Of a stretch of 64,000 bases of DNA, positions 27,673 to 41,485 are shown piece after piece. Source of the stretch: Octopus vulgaris (lineage: Eukaryota); contig OX597817.1 in assembly GCA_951406725.2 (NCBI GenBank), forward strand, positions 93,744,001 to 93,808,000. Direction: 5' to 3'. Under the pieces are notes generated by a model. The model searched no databases. It had not been told where the DNA came from and saw only the letters and a list, made by a program, of their open reading frames with translations. Every line of letters starts with the position of its first letter. Position 1 is the first letter of the stretch. The position numbers and the translations under genes were made by a program.

Positions 27673-29085
27673 TTCAGGCATTGGAAAAATAACAGATAAA
27701 AAATGGTCTGGGACGGAAGAGTTTGGCCCGATGGGTCCCACCCCCACCACCGCTTCGAATTTGACGTGCCTGATATCTGACCAAGAGGTCAATATCTGGG
27801 GGGAATATTGTGGAGATATAGATGTGAGAGATCCAGGACAGATCTTATCTCAGTTGTTGCAGTAAAGCACTCAATGACCTGTCTAGTTGTCCCAAATTGT
27901 GATATGATTTGTTGATTCGACAGTTGTATAAAAAAACCAGGTCAAATCTGACATAGGAGACCACAGATGAAAACTATTCCAGCCATGAACATCACGTCGG
28001 TTTTTAGATGTAATTAGAATTGCATTATTTAATGTGTCGCTCTTATTTTAAAAGGGTGTAGCGTGATGAGAAGAAGATATGGTAGTTATTTTCGCAGATT
28101 GTGCGAGCTGTAGAGGCTCCTTTCTTAGGTCGTGTTGTGCTGTGTTGTTATTGTTGTACAATACGTGTCCCTTTCTAAAGACGGTGGAGGAATCGTTTGA
28201 GAGAGATTCGCCTGCTATTTCTAGTGGTGTAGTCTCATGTGGTGTGATGATGTAGTGTCACATGATATGGTTTAGTGCCATATGGTGTGTGGTGCAGTAT
28301 TACGTGCTGTGTGGTGATGTTGTATAACGTGGTATATGATGTAGTCTCACGTGGAGCTGTGTCATGTGATACAGTATCATGTAGTATTATTGTGTGGTAT
28401 ATTTTGTTATTTAACCCAAGATTGTGCAGGATTTATGATCAAAGGCGTTCCGACTAGCTGTATTTTCAAATATATCTAACTCTAAATTGTCTAACGTGTC
28501 CTTTCTTTCTTTTAAAGTCAGTAAGGTACGATTTCAGAAAGACTTAGCAGCTATCTCTTGCAGGATGGGTGATCTTAAAGAGAATGTCATGGGATACAAA
28601 ATGAATGTTTTTTTAATAGTTAAAATAAAGGTGTGAATAGAATAACCAAATGGCAATGCTTTGACAGTAGCAGAACTGAATCCGAACACTCAGTCTTTGA
28701 TGGTTAATAGTCACTTCCAATAATGGTGAACATCATAAAACAGCACGTAAGTTTAGAAAGAATCGAGATTGCGGTATACTTTCGATTTTCAGTTGATGTA
28801 TGCTTACTTCCCTCACATCACCACTTGGGAAATGCATGAACCTCACAGCCTCATATTTACTTCAGGACAATGTAACTAATACTAACCTCATAATTATTAC
28901 CACTTTCATTCACCCCCCCCCCACCATCAACATCAATACTAACACCACAAGTACTAAAACAATTACCTCTACCACCACCAATTTAACTTCTATCAGAACT
29001 ACTACATTAAGAACAGCAGACTACCCTACACCACCAACATTATCACCACCATCACTAACCCCACCATCTCTAGCAGCCTCTCCAA

Positions 29086-29182
<97 letters not shown>

Positions 29183-29476
29183 GTACAAGGGTTTACAGTA
29201 AATAAGATTATCCTACTGATAACATACCTACGTACATCTCTTGCTAAACCAATGTATAAATCCCAAAGATGATATCCCTATATAAGGGATAAACCCCTCA
29301 TAATCTCTGTATACTTGTTGTTGCTTTTGTTATTATTATTATTATTATTAAAAGTATTTAAATTATCGTTTTTATTAAATCTTCAGTTGATTTACATTTC
29401 AAATCCGGGCTGACAAATATTTGCACATCCAGGGATTTGTAAAGGATTTCTATAAAGGGATTTTTTTCATGGCATC

Positions 29477-29545
<69 letters not shown>

Positions 29546-30073
29546 TAATCATAATCGTCAACAGGATATACATTTCAGGTGTTTGAGATTAGATTTAATT
29601 CTAAATAATACCTTGTTTATGGTCTTTCGGTACCTTGTGTGGTGTAAGAAGCTGTATTTTGTTTTTCATGTTGTTGTTGCTGTTGTTGCTGTTGTTGTTA
29701 TTGCTGTATGCGTTTTGTTTACTTTTTTTTTACTGAGATATTGGCTTTGGCAATCTTTTTAAAAGCGACCTGTTCATTCTATCAATCAGAGTTACATCTC
29801 TAGCCCACAATTCTTCGTTCCTATGACCCTTGATCTTCCATATGATTTAGTAATACCCTTTAGTTTCTTTTTCCAAACTTTCGTCGCTCCTTTATTTAAT
29901 CAGTTGCCGTCTTAATTCATTCTTCAATCTTGAAAAATTCCTCACGACACAGAAGTGTTTAGACACGTGTCATGCAACGACAGCCTCTCCTTCCCTCACA
30001 CATGACTGTATTCTGGTCGCCCTGACTCTGTGTATGTATGTGTATGTGTGTATGTATGTATATATATATACAT

Positions 30074-31292
30074 CCTTAAATCCTTAAAAATGTTTTAGCC
30101 CGGAGGCCGCGGCCATGCTGGGGCACCACCGCTGAATGAGCTACACTAATATGTGAATCCATCTCTGATTCGTGGCACTTGATCAACAAGGGAGTTCGAC
30201 GCTGCTGCCCGCATCTGCGTCTCCTGTCGTGAGGTAGGTTCATCTGGGACTCCCGACAAGAAGAGATCCAGTTTAGCTTTAAAGAAACCCACATCCACAC
30301 CATGTAAGTCTCTCAGGCATTTAGGGAGGATGTTAAAGAGCTGTGGTCCTCTGAAACCCAAGCTGTTGCAGTATCTGGACCTGTATTTTGATGGTGATGT
30401 TGGAATCTTTGGCACCATGCAGTGGCACCCCGTTCTGCGGTTGGGGTAACTTTGAATGCCAAAGTTTGGGACAAGACCCTCCAGGATTTTCCAGATGTAT
30501 ATCACCGCATATCTCTCCCGCCTCCGCTCTAGGGAGAAGAGGTTTAATACCTTCAGTCTTTCCCAGTAGCTGATATTTTGCATTGAGACGATTTTCTTTG
30601 TGTAGCTTCTCTGAATTGCTTCGAGTTCTGCTGTTAGTTTTATATTGTGTGGTGACCATAGTTGGGAGCATTAGTCCAAGCGGCTGAGGACGAATGTTTT
30701 CCATAGGACCACCAGTGTCTCCTTCTCTCTTGTTCTGAAAGTTCGGAGAATCCATCCAGCTAGCCGTCTGCATTTTATCACCAGATTAGCAATATGCACT
30801 TGGAAAGATGCATCATTGCTCATGTCAATTCCCAGGTCACGCACTGATTTTGACTAAGGGATTGCAATTCTTCCTGGGCCTGTGTATCCAGTCTGCACGT
30901 CGTTTACCTTTGTGTGCCAGTAGCGCAAGGCCTGGAACTTACCTGCATTAAACAGCATGTTGTTGTCCTCAGCCCACCTGTTGCAGATGCGCAATATTTT
31001 CAGGGTTTTGTATTGCGTGGGAGACTTTTGTGTCATCTGCATAGCTAGCAAGGGTGATCATCGTAGCAACTGAAGACATGTCTGAAAGGGCCACTATGAA
31101 CATCAGTGGCCCCAAGACAGTGCCCTGTGGGACATCGCTTGTTATTTGTGTTCCCTTGGAGGTGGCTCCATTGCTCACAACTGCCTGTTTTCTGTCTTTT
31201 AGGAAGTTGTGCAGCCACTCTCCAAGTTTTCCGCCTATGCCGAGACCACGCAGTTTGTGACAGATCATACCATGGTCGACTTTATCAAAGGC
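30074..31292 (-). mobile_element. CR1-group LINE, 5'-truncated: RT C-half, 3' UTR and (tttaagga) tail
   Basis: AFDKVDH, VPQGTVLGPLMF, SYADDTK, SYWERLKVLNLFSLERRRER, GPQLFNILP; frameshifted. Confidence 0.9.
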
Positions 31293-31490
31293 TTATATAC
31301 TTATATATATACTTATATACATATATACATATATATATACTTATATATATACATATATTATTTACACTTGACGATATTTGTCTTCATCTTATTTGTTGTT
31401 AACACATTTCGGCTGATATACCCTCCAGCCTTCATCAGGTGTCTTGGGGAAGTTTCGAATCTGGGTTCTCATACCTAAGGTATTTTTCGA

Positions 31491-31540
<50 letters not shown>

Positions 31541-31626
31541 GGTGACTGCCTGACATCGAACTCGGAATTTTGGGGTTAGTAGCTCGAGATCTTAACCTCC
31601 ACGGCATATATAGAACAAATAATATA

Positions 31627-32005
31627 TAGCTTGCTTACCAACCACATGAATTCCGAGTTCAGTCCCACTGTGTGGCACTTTGGGCAAGTGTCTTCTACTA
31701 TTGACTCGGGCCGACCAAAGCTTTGTGAGTGGATTTGGTAGACGGAAACTGAAAGACGCCCATCGTATGTATATATATATATGTATATGTATATGCGTGT
31801 GTATGTGTGTTGTCCCCCTAACATCGCTTGACAACCGATGCTGGTGTGTTTACGCCACCGTAACTTAGCAGTTCGGCAAAAGACACCGATAGAATAAGTA
31901 CTAGGCTTACAAAGAATAAATCTTGGAGTCGATTTGCTCGACTAAAGGCGGTGCTCCAGCATGGCCGCAGTCAAATGACTGAAACAAGTAAAAGAATGAA
32001 GAGAA
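31627..32005 (+). mobile_element. Near full-length tRNA-derived SINE with CORE-like segment and LINE-like 3' tail
   Basis: B-box-like gagttcagtccc, ttgggcaagtgtctt, internal microsatellite, 3' ggcggtgctccagcatggccgc. Further copies at 18835-19025, 22565-23065 and 50112-50300. Confidence 0.85.
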
Positions 32006-32048
32006 TATATATGTATATGTGCGTGTGTGTGTGTATATATATATATAA

Positions 32049-32082
<34 letters not shown>

Positions 32083-32123
32083 GATATATAATATATATAA
32101 TATATGTATATATAATATATATA

Positions 32124-32177
<54 letters not shown>

Positions 32178-32302
32178 TTACTTGGAGGATAAGAAACGAA
32201 ACGACGCGAGGCGCTCAGCGATATAATAACAATTTAACAAATAAAACATATGCATATATACATACATATATGTACATACCTACATCTATATGTATATATA
32301 CA

Positions 32303-32354
<52 letters not shown>

Positions 32355-32552
32355 TACAGGACACCACAAATAAACGTAGAACACAACGAGAAACAAAAAC
32401 ATAAAAGCAAACAAGGAAACGAACTTTTTTTAACAACGAAAAAACAGAGTACAAGACAAACAATACAAGGAATATTCCTTCATCAGCTGCCCATGGTTCG
32501 ACTCAATGCGTGTTTCGAAGGTAAGGGCAGAACATATATATATATATATATG

Positions 32553-32624
<72 letters not shown>

Positions 32625-32816
32625 AATTTATTATTTAATTAAACGGGACGCATCCATTTTCAAATAAGTGTGTGTGCGTATATAACTGGGAAAGTGTAAG
32701 AATCCATGCAAAGAAAAAGTTATGGTTAAAAAAGGAAATTAAGTTGGAAAAGGCACAGAAGTATATTTTAGAGAATGTTGAATATGTTTGTTACAGTGAT
32801 TAATTTAAAATATAGC

Positions 32817-33735
32817 AGGTTTCACTGTATCTATCTTATCAAACATTTAAAAGAATTGTGGGGGGAGTGAAGGACCCCCCCCCCCAAAAAAAAAACAGGG
32901 GGTAACAGTATGCTCCCATTTTTTAGTTCTTAGTAAAATCTTACTTTTGAATTGTTCTCTTATACATGTTTTGTCTATGTAGGTTTGGGTGGAGTTCAAG
33001 AGTTCAAGTTTCAGGAATTCTATTGAAAAAGAAGTCTTTCGAATTGAATAGGAAGGTTGTGGTGACCTGTGTGTGTGTGCGGCGTGTGTGTGTGTTTGAA
33101 ATATATTGTCAAAACATTTTTCTTTTTCTATTGAGAGTTTTTTAAGATGGTCATTCAAAGAATTTAGGAGGAATTATTTTCCATTTGCTTTCTTGTGTGT
33201 GTGTGTGTGTGTGCGTATTGTTTTGTCTCTGTGAGTGTGTGAGTGTGCATGTGTGTTGTAGGGTATGGTCAGCTGTGTGTCTGTGTGTGTGTGTGTTTGA
33301 GATATATTGTCAAAGCATTTTTCTCCTTTTTTCTATTGAGAGGATATGGTCAGCTGTGTGTGTGTGTGTATGTGTGTGTTATTTTGTTTGTGTGACAACT
33401 AAACCATATTTTCTCAATAGAGCTAAAGAAGAAAAATGTGTTGACAATATATTCCAAACACATACACACACACACGCACACACAACTGGCCACTACCTGA
33501 ATAGACCCTTCTTATTCAATTCGAAAGACTTCTTTTCCAATATAATTCCTGAAACTTGAACTCTTGAACTCTACCCAAACCTATATAGACAAAACATGTA
33601 TAAGAGAACAACTCAAAAGTAAAATGTCACTAAGAACTAAAATATGGGTACTAACTGTTAACCCCTGATTTTTTGGTCTTTGACCCCCCCCCAATTCTTT
33701 TTAGTATTTAATAAGATGGATACATCGAAATCGGG
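32817..33735. mobile_element. Foldback/MITE-like element with ~300-bp imperfect terminal inverted repeats
   Basis: 32930-33058 (cttagt..ttcaagagttcaagtttcaggaat..gaattgaata) is the reverse complement of 33505-33645; similarity extends to both termini. Confidence 0.75.
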
Positions 33736-33844
33736 TGTATATATATATATATATAGGGAGAGTTTACGAAAAAACAACAAAAGACGAAGATAGGTGGTGT
33801 ACAAAACAAACAGATGTATTAGTATAACGCTCAGGAATAGAAGT

Positions 33845-33880
33845 CTTTTACGTTTCGAGCCTACGCTCTTCTACAGAAAG
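33845..33880 (-). ncRNA. Minimal type I hammerhead motif with A6U core change
   Basis: Minus strand: CTTT-CTGTAGA-a-GAGC gtag GCTC-GAAA-CG-TA/AAAG. Confidence 0.55.
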
Positions 33881-34135
33881 GGACACAGAAAACAAGGAGA
33901 GAAAAAAATGTGTATAGTGGCTAACGATCTTTCATATATTATAAAATACAAAATGGGACAAGAACGCGAAACATCCGGACAACTAGGTGATACAAAAAAA
34001 GACAACAAAACATCCAGATAGACGATACTAAAAAACAAAGACGCTTTCTATCCTTAGTCAAGAACCGGATCATCCTCGCAATTTCGGCTGATTATATATA
34101 TATATATATATATAGCGGTGTACGTATACTTTGTT

Positions 34136-34243
<108 letters not shown>

Positions 34244-36559
34244 ACAGTTTTGAGAAGCTTATATCGGAGAAACTTCGATATAAATAGTTATTGTTAACAA
34301 TAAATATTCTATTCATCCTACACCACTACCCTCAATATACGTACAGATGCTTCGGTGAGTAGTCATATCATCAACCACAGTTCATGTAAATGGGATACGG
34401 AAATGAAATCGTGTGACAATGTGACAAGAGTGTAAGGTCAAAATAAAACAATTCAAATATATATATACTGTTCTCTTGGCCACCACTGGCAATACAACAG
34501 CGATTCATTAAGCAGTTACATAACATTTTCATTTCACACACACACACAAAACACAAAACCAATTTTACGAAATGTATATGCTTAAGAACAACTATGGACA
34601 CTTTTGAAGTTTATTAAATATCATCGACGAAGTAAAACTTATAGAAACCTGCTTTGACCAGTTAACAATAATGTTTACATATAGAAAAATAACTCTGAAG
34701 ATTTTGGCTTGTATAAGTAAAAAACACATAATGAGTTAAGAGAAATAATTCAAATAGGATAAATAAAGGAAGGATGGAGTATGGGAATGCTAACATAATT
34801 CTCAACTAAAATGTTCTTCTTTATGTAAGAATACGTGCTTGACCCACTTATCTTATTTCCCTATTATTTTTAGTTGTTTACAATGGTGGCCAAAAATCTT
34901 TCCAGTCTTTGTATACAGAAACCAATGGTGCTATTGATTACCATTTGTGATATAAAATTAAACATAAATAAATATATATTGGTGTTTGTCACCTTCGAAT
35001 ATTGCGCAACCCCACCGCCCAGCATTATTACATTATTATAAATAGAAATATTATATGTTACCACTAAATATTATATGTTATTATTAATTGTGTCACATCA
35101 CAGGAGACTTGGCGTTAACGATAAGTGTGTCGTATATTCCTGGCAGGAAAATGTGTTGATTTCTCTTTAGAAGGCGCCAATGACAGTAAAGAGAGTTTTT
35201 CCTTAATTGAAGAATATGAACAAACCATTGCAAGTGAGGGGAATCAACAGTCTCCGGCCACTATTTTTAGGAAGTGGCACATAGAATATGATTCGTTGTT
35301 TATTACAGAAATACGAAGAAAATATTGCAAGTGAGAGGAGGAAATTGTTTCAACTGACTTAACTCGAATAAGAACGCAAAATCTGTATGTAGCAGTAATA
35401 TTCTTGTATCATATGCACTTATCCACATTTACTCACATGCACACATGTGCATGCAGACGCATGCACGCACAAACATGTATATATACAAGCACACACCAAC
35501 ATGCATTGACACACACTTCCGCATATACAGATACATATGCACACACATTCAAACACAGACACACAGGTACGCAATACAAACACGCACACAAGATGACACA
35601 CGTCGAGGCATAAACACTCATACAGATGCAAACGTACAGAAACATACACAGAGGCAAGCATATCCCCATGGGCATATACACTTCCATATACACTCTCATA
35701 CACACACAATCACACGCACACATGTATACACTCTTTCCTGACGAACGAAATACAATTAAGCTAATCACGTCATGACTATCACGGTTAGTTTTTTTTGATA
35801 AATTTTATTTATGTATTTGAAAAAAAAAACCCTAACAGTTTAGTCCTGACAGTTGCACTCTTGTGATGTAGCAGCAGCTAAACTCTTGTGGTGAAACCGT
35901 CTTAGACAAGATGATGACAGTATCAGGTGGAAGTGAAGATTCAGAACACTGGCTAAGAAAGAAAGATGCATATAGTTATTTAAAAAAACCACAACATCAA
36001 CAAAAGCAACAAACCACAATCAACATAGCATAATAACAACAGCAAACACCGAGAGAAAACTGCATCATCTGCCATAACAATGAATTCTAACATTGTTATA
36101 AGGAATCATTTGTAGAGGATGCGCACGTGTGTATGTGCGTGCATGTATGTACTATGTATGTACGTATAAATGTATTTATGCAAATTTGTGTGTGCATATG
36201 TGTATACTCGTATATACGTAGATACACACACCGATATACACCTTTATATTGTGCGCGCTCCTTCGTCTCTTCTTAACTCTACCACCCCACAAAATCGCGT
36301 TCTCAACTGGCTCCTAATCCCTCTACCATTTGTTTCCTCTTCTCAACTACATTTTCTCTTTCCAACTCCTCCTTTACTCTCCTTCTAAACTTCTCTTCTG
36401 ATGAAATATAAAGGAATAGCGTCCGAAACTTTAAGACTTATTTTTCTTCTTTATCGTTTACGTGTGTACGTGAATTGTATGTGTGTCTCTATGTCTATAT
36501 GTATATGCAAGTAAGTAGGTAAGTATATATGTACATACATACATACATACATACATACA

Positions 36560-36620
<61 letters not shown>

Positions 36621-37619
36621 GTACACATATATCCCCATATCTATATAATATTTATGCATATTATTTATTCAAATATATGCATGTAAATACATAAACACAC
36701 ATATCACGTACACTCACACATACACACAACTCAATTGCGATGTCTGCAGTATATGACTGGTACGCAAAAAATATGAAATACAAATTGGTTAACTTTATAA
36801 AATGTATTGAATCTTCTTGTTTTGTCAATACTCAAGAGAAGCATGTCGCAACGTAAGGATAAGAAAAATGTAAATTTAGGAACATGTATGTTTATTAAAT
36901 ATATTCTTAGGTACTTTTTAAAAGAAGCCAGTGTTGTTGGAAAAGAGTAGCTTTCTTGGTGATTACTTGGCTAGTTTCAGTGGTTACTACCGTTGCATCC
37001 GTGATCACTTATTGATCAGAACATCACAAGTAGTAACTTATACCTACAATACTATGTAGAAACCATTATTCTAAAGAGTGTAGCGTTTCAGTTAATTGCG
37101 TCATTTACATTGTTACTTTGAACTTTTTAAAACTATGATCTGGTCTTTGGGTACCTTTTATGGGATCTATATAAAAAAAAAAACACAGGGTTGCCTTCTT
37201 CAAAGATACAAGGACCAACTCAAACAACACTGAAAGCCATTGGATTTGAGCCCAAATCGTTTGAAATACAAGCCCGAGACAAAGTGGTGGAGTTCCATCA
37301 CTATCGGAACCAAAAACTTCGAAGCTACTGTAGTGTGTGCGCGATTCGAATATAAAGGCACCTACCTTCTCTTCGCTCCGATGGAGACCCTTCAGTGGTA
37401 ACGGATTCTTCGACACAGCCCAGACCCGAACGCTAAAGATAGCAGCTGCTTCACCCAACCTTAGCAACGTCTTCCCCCGTCTTGACACGTCGACGACCCT
37501 GGTTCGAAAGGCAGAAATCGCCGCTCACTGCGCGCGACTCACGACTGCCCCCTTCCGGTTGCCCCAATTTCCGGTCAGCTCACCCAGCTGCTGACATCAT
37601 CCCACACGCCACCCTGATC

Positions 37620-40600
37620 TTAAAGATCACAATCTCTCCGCTCCATGTCGTAGTCCACCATCCAACCGGGAGGGCGCCTTGCGCGTCGAGATCTTCTCAA
37701 GCTGGGCACCTCGTTCTCCCCCTCTCCAGAATCGTCGTCCGTCGAAGCGACAATCCTGCGAAGGTCCAAGACGTGTCGCAGCATTCCATCCACGGGGACG
37801 TTGTTTCCGGAATTGACCGCCGTCACCGTTCCTCTGCTCTATTGAGACGTACAGCGCGCCTTTGGTGGCTTAACCCAGACTTCCTTCCCTATTTTTACGC
37901 AAACGGGTCCCTTCTCTTCCTTGTGACCCCCCGGCGCTTTGCTCGGGTGCCTCCATTCATATTTGAATACAGCTCTCTGCGGCACAGATTCCTCAGCTTG
38001 TCCGGATCGGGGAGACAAGTCGTACCAAAAAACTGCTTCCAGAATCGTCGTCCGTCGAAGCGACAATCCTGCGAAGGTCCAAGACGTGTCGCGGCATTCC
38101 ATCCACGGGGACGTTGTTTCCGGAATTGACCGCCGTCACCGTTCCTCTGCTCCATTGAGACGTACAGCGCGCCTTTGGTGGCTTAACCCAGACTTCCTTC
38201 CCTATTTTTACGCAAACGGGTCCCTTCTCTTCCTTGTGACCCCCCGGCGCTTTGCTCGGGTGCCTCCATTCATATTTGAATACAGCTCTCTGCGGCACAG
38301 ATTCCTCAGCTTGTCCGGATCGGGGAGACAAGTCGTACCAAAAAACTGCTTCAAGCGGCGAAATGTGCCCTCTTTCCGCTATGGCCTTGACTGTCCGATG
38401 GTGCCTCCCCACGATCCCGTTACCGCTCGGCCTATACGCTGCTCTGAACAAGCGACGCACATTCCACCGATCAAGCATAATCCTCAATGCTTCCGAACGA
38501 AACGCCGTCCCGTTGTCCATAAGTAGTTCTTCCACGGGACCTCTCTCTAAAAATATCCCGTTCAGGATCTGCGCGATCACGTCAGCAATGCCCGTTCTCA
38601 ACTCCCTCCAAATGGCCAGCCGGCCTGGCCCGCAGTCGACCATGGAGAGGTACATTCCCTGACGGTAGTGTGTCACATCCACAGCTAGCCTTTTCCAGTT
38701 CTGCTCGACCGAAAGGCTTCCCTGTTCATGCCCACACGGAGCAGGGTCGCAGCTCCCGACCACCTTCCGGATGCTTCTCCTAGTGACGTCAGCATCAATT
38801 TTCTTCGCCAGATATAGGGTCCTTTCCACACCCAGGTGATGCATAGCAAGCAGTCTCTTCAGTTCAAGGTCATCCAACCGACACACCGCAGCTATCCCTT
38901 TCCGGGCCTCCTCCGGTTCTTCCGACCACGCTCTTTTCACCCTGGTCAGTGCGACCGTCCTGTTTTTCTCCGAAGGCACGAAAACCACATTCAGCTTCAG
39001 TCCGAACTCGGCGATCAATTCACCTAGAACTCCTAGACGGCGCTTCACTAACATCTCCGCGGCACCTTTCGTCCGCACTCTCCTTTCACCGGTGATCACC
39101 GATCCTACCCAGCCAAAGCACAGTGACCGAATCCGTCCGGATTTCAATTGTGCGCAGCCCCCATTTCAGGGCCAAGTTCACCCCTTTTAGCACCGCGTCT
39201 AATTTGGCGACATTGATGTGGTTGAAATCATCTGCTTTCCGAAGCCAGGCCACGTCCTCCACCGCAGCGACTTCGATTGCCAACACAACCCCTATCGCCA
39301 TACTGCTAGCATCACACCAGACGGTCCCGCATTCCGTCTTGGGCACGTACCAGTTCCCTCTGACCGGATCTTTCGCTCTCGTCCTCTCTAGGATTTCCTG
39401 CATCATCGCCACCGTCCCTTCCCCCACTTTGTCGCCCCAACTCTCCCCCTCTGCTCGTCTCTTGGTGTAACTACACGCCGTGCGCAGCCATCCAGCGATC
39501 GGGTAGTGACCGACGAACTTCCCACATACCGAGAACAGCTCTCTCCTGCTGACGTTGGAACTCAGCTCTGGGATTTCATTCCCTCTCCGGAACACCAATT
39601 CACCCGATCAATCTCTTCGCAGCTTCAGCCCCAGCGCGGCTCCCCCTTCCATCGACTCCGGTGGCTTCGCAATCAGTCCGAACTTCTCCAGATGTCTAAC
39701 TACCTCGTTGGCTGGCACTACAGTTTCGTCCACCAAAATGTCGTCAATGTAGGAGCTGGTGGCCTTTCTGATCTTGCCGTCTTTCCCTAGGACGGACCTA
39801 AGCACTGCCGCCATGATCTTCGGAGCAGAATTCAGCCCGAAACCCAGCCTGGTTGAACAGTACGTCCGGCCTTTGTACCGCACCAGCTGATACCACCACA
39901 GTTTGTCGCTCACATGGAGCTGCAAGTATGCCGATTTCAAGTCGACAATCGTCGCTGCCTCGGTCGACTGTCTCCACGCACGTAACGTCACGCCACAAAC
40001 GTCTGTCGCCTCACCTCCCGTGTGACACGATATATGCTGGTTTAGCTCCCTGAAGTCCAGCACCGGTATGACTTTTCCCTTCGTAGGCTGCACCACCGCC
40101 ATCAGGGGTAGCACTCCGCCCGCTACCTCCTCCTTCCAAGGGACAAGGACCACTTCCTCGATCCATCTCTCCACCTCGTCTTCAAACTCGACCCTGGCGT
40201 GGCCTTTCAGGGTATGCTGGTAACAGCTCACCCTGTTTTCCAGCGTCGGGGGCTCGTCCTTCCATCGCCACTCTATCGTCCACCGCTGACCATCGAACGC
40301 CGCCTGAAAGTCTTTGCCCTCGATGGTGTAAGCGGCGCAGTCCCTCGCGGGGCTCTGCTCTCTCTGGCGATCCTGACTCGCAGTGCACGACGCCCCCACG
40401 CTTCCGAATGTGACCTCATTTCCCACAACACTGACGCCACCGAGGCAGTTGATGGCGTCCATCCCCATCACCACATCAATCCCATCTATCACGCGTTCAA
40501 CCACAATTACCTGCAGCCTTAGCGTCGCGCCGCGCACCACTATCTCTACGTTGCTGCTGCCTCTGCAACGGATTTCGCTGCCGTCGACCGCCCGGACGCT

Positions 40601-40786
40601 ACTTTCCCCGTTCCATTCCTTCGTCACCCTTGAAGTCACAAGGGTGGTCGTACAGCCCGTGTCCACGAGGGCCTTGAACGTCTTCCCCTCGGCCTCCACG
40701 TCAATCAATGGCAGCGTCTCCAATAGCGCCTCTACTCGTTTGCGGGGAAAGTTCGAGAGGCAGCAACTTCCCCGCGGTCGTTTCCC
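37620..40786 (-). pseudogene. pol: pol of element B (protease, RT, RNase H, integrase), broken by frameshifts and a 313-bp duplication
   Basis: ALVDTG; LDFRELN, VDLKSAY, LGFGLNSAP, YIDD; WCDAS...HINVA.L...RTDS; HHLG, LAVD, MDNG, RPSGNGIV. Confidence 0.9.
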
Positions 40787-41462
40787 TGGTCGCAATCACG
40801 GGCGATGTGCCCTGTCTATCTGCATCGATAGAAAACGGGCCCCGGTTGCGTACAGTGCCGCGCCATGTGCGACCCTTGACATCTAAAACACCGTCCTGAG
40901 AACGGCCGCTCTTGTTGCACGGTAAGCTTCTGTACGTCTTTCTCCGGTCGTCGTCCGTCTTCCGCCCAGAGTGTCGCGTCAACACGCGGGTCTGAGTCAC
41001 AAGTTCACTCAGCGCCATCTTTTTAATCTCGGGCAATCGTTGTAGGTGAATCCCTACATCGTCGGGGAACCCATTTACAAACGCCAGCCGTGCTGCTCTC
41101 TCCAGCCCTTCTCCCGTAAACCCAGCCAGCGTCGCTAACCTTCTAACTTCTGCCGCGTACTCGTCCACCCGTCCTCCAGTCCATCTGATCGTACCCAGCT
41201 TAGCAAAAGCTGTGTATTCACATTCAGTGTAGGCATGCCGCAAGCGTTGCTCTATCTTTTCCTCGCTCAGGCGTTCCTCCTCCTCCATCTCAAGGTATAG
41301 CGTTAACGCGCTCCCTTCTAAATACAGCGCCATAAGACTTGCCACATCGCTTATACCTTGCAGTCTTGCCACCAGCCTGATTTTACGAATCCAGGCCACT
41401 ACATCGCCTTCACCATTAAAGGGTCTGATTATGTCGCTGGCGATCCTGATTTTCGCAGACAT
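40732..41462 (-). pseudogene. gag: gag of element B with two CCHC knuckles in a shifted frame
   Basis: IRPFNGEGDVVAWIRKIRLV...; CFRCQGSHMARHC and RCR*TGHIARDC; stop at 40732-40734. Confidence 0.85.
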
Positions 41463-41485
41463 CGTGGTGACGACTTATGTGGAGT

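Noticed and set aside
31401-31443. Hammerhead on the minus strand (GACAC-CTGATGA-aGGCTG..CAGCC-GAAA-T-GTGTT)
   Set aside because: Stem III and the cleavage triplet are deleted; counted only as a relic.
36394-36436. TCTT-CTGATGA...GAAA-CTTT-AAGA motif
   Set aside because: Stem II cannot pair; a decayed relic at best.
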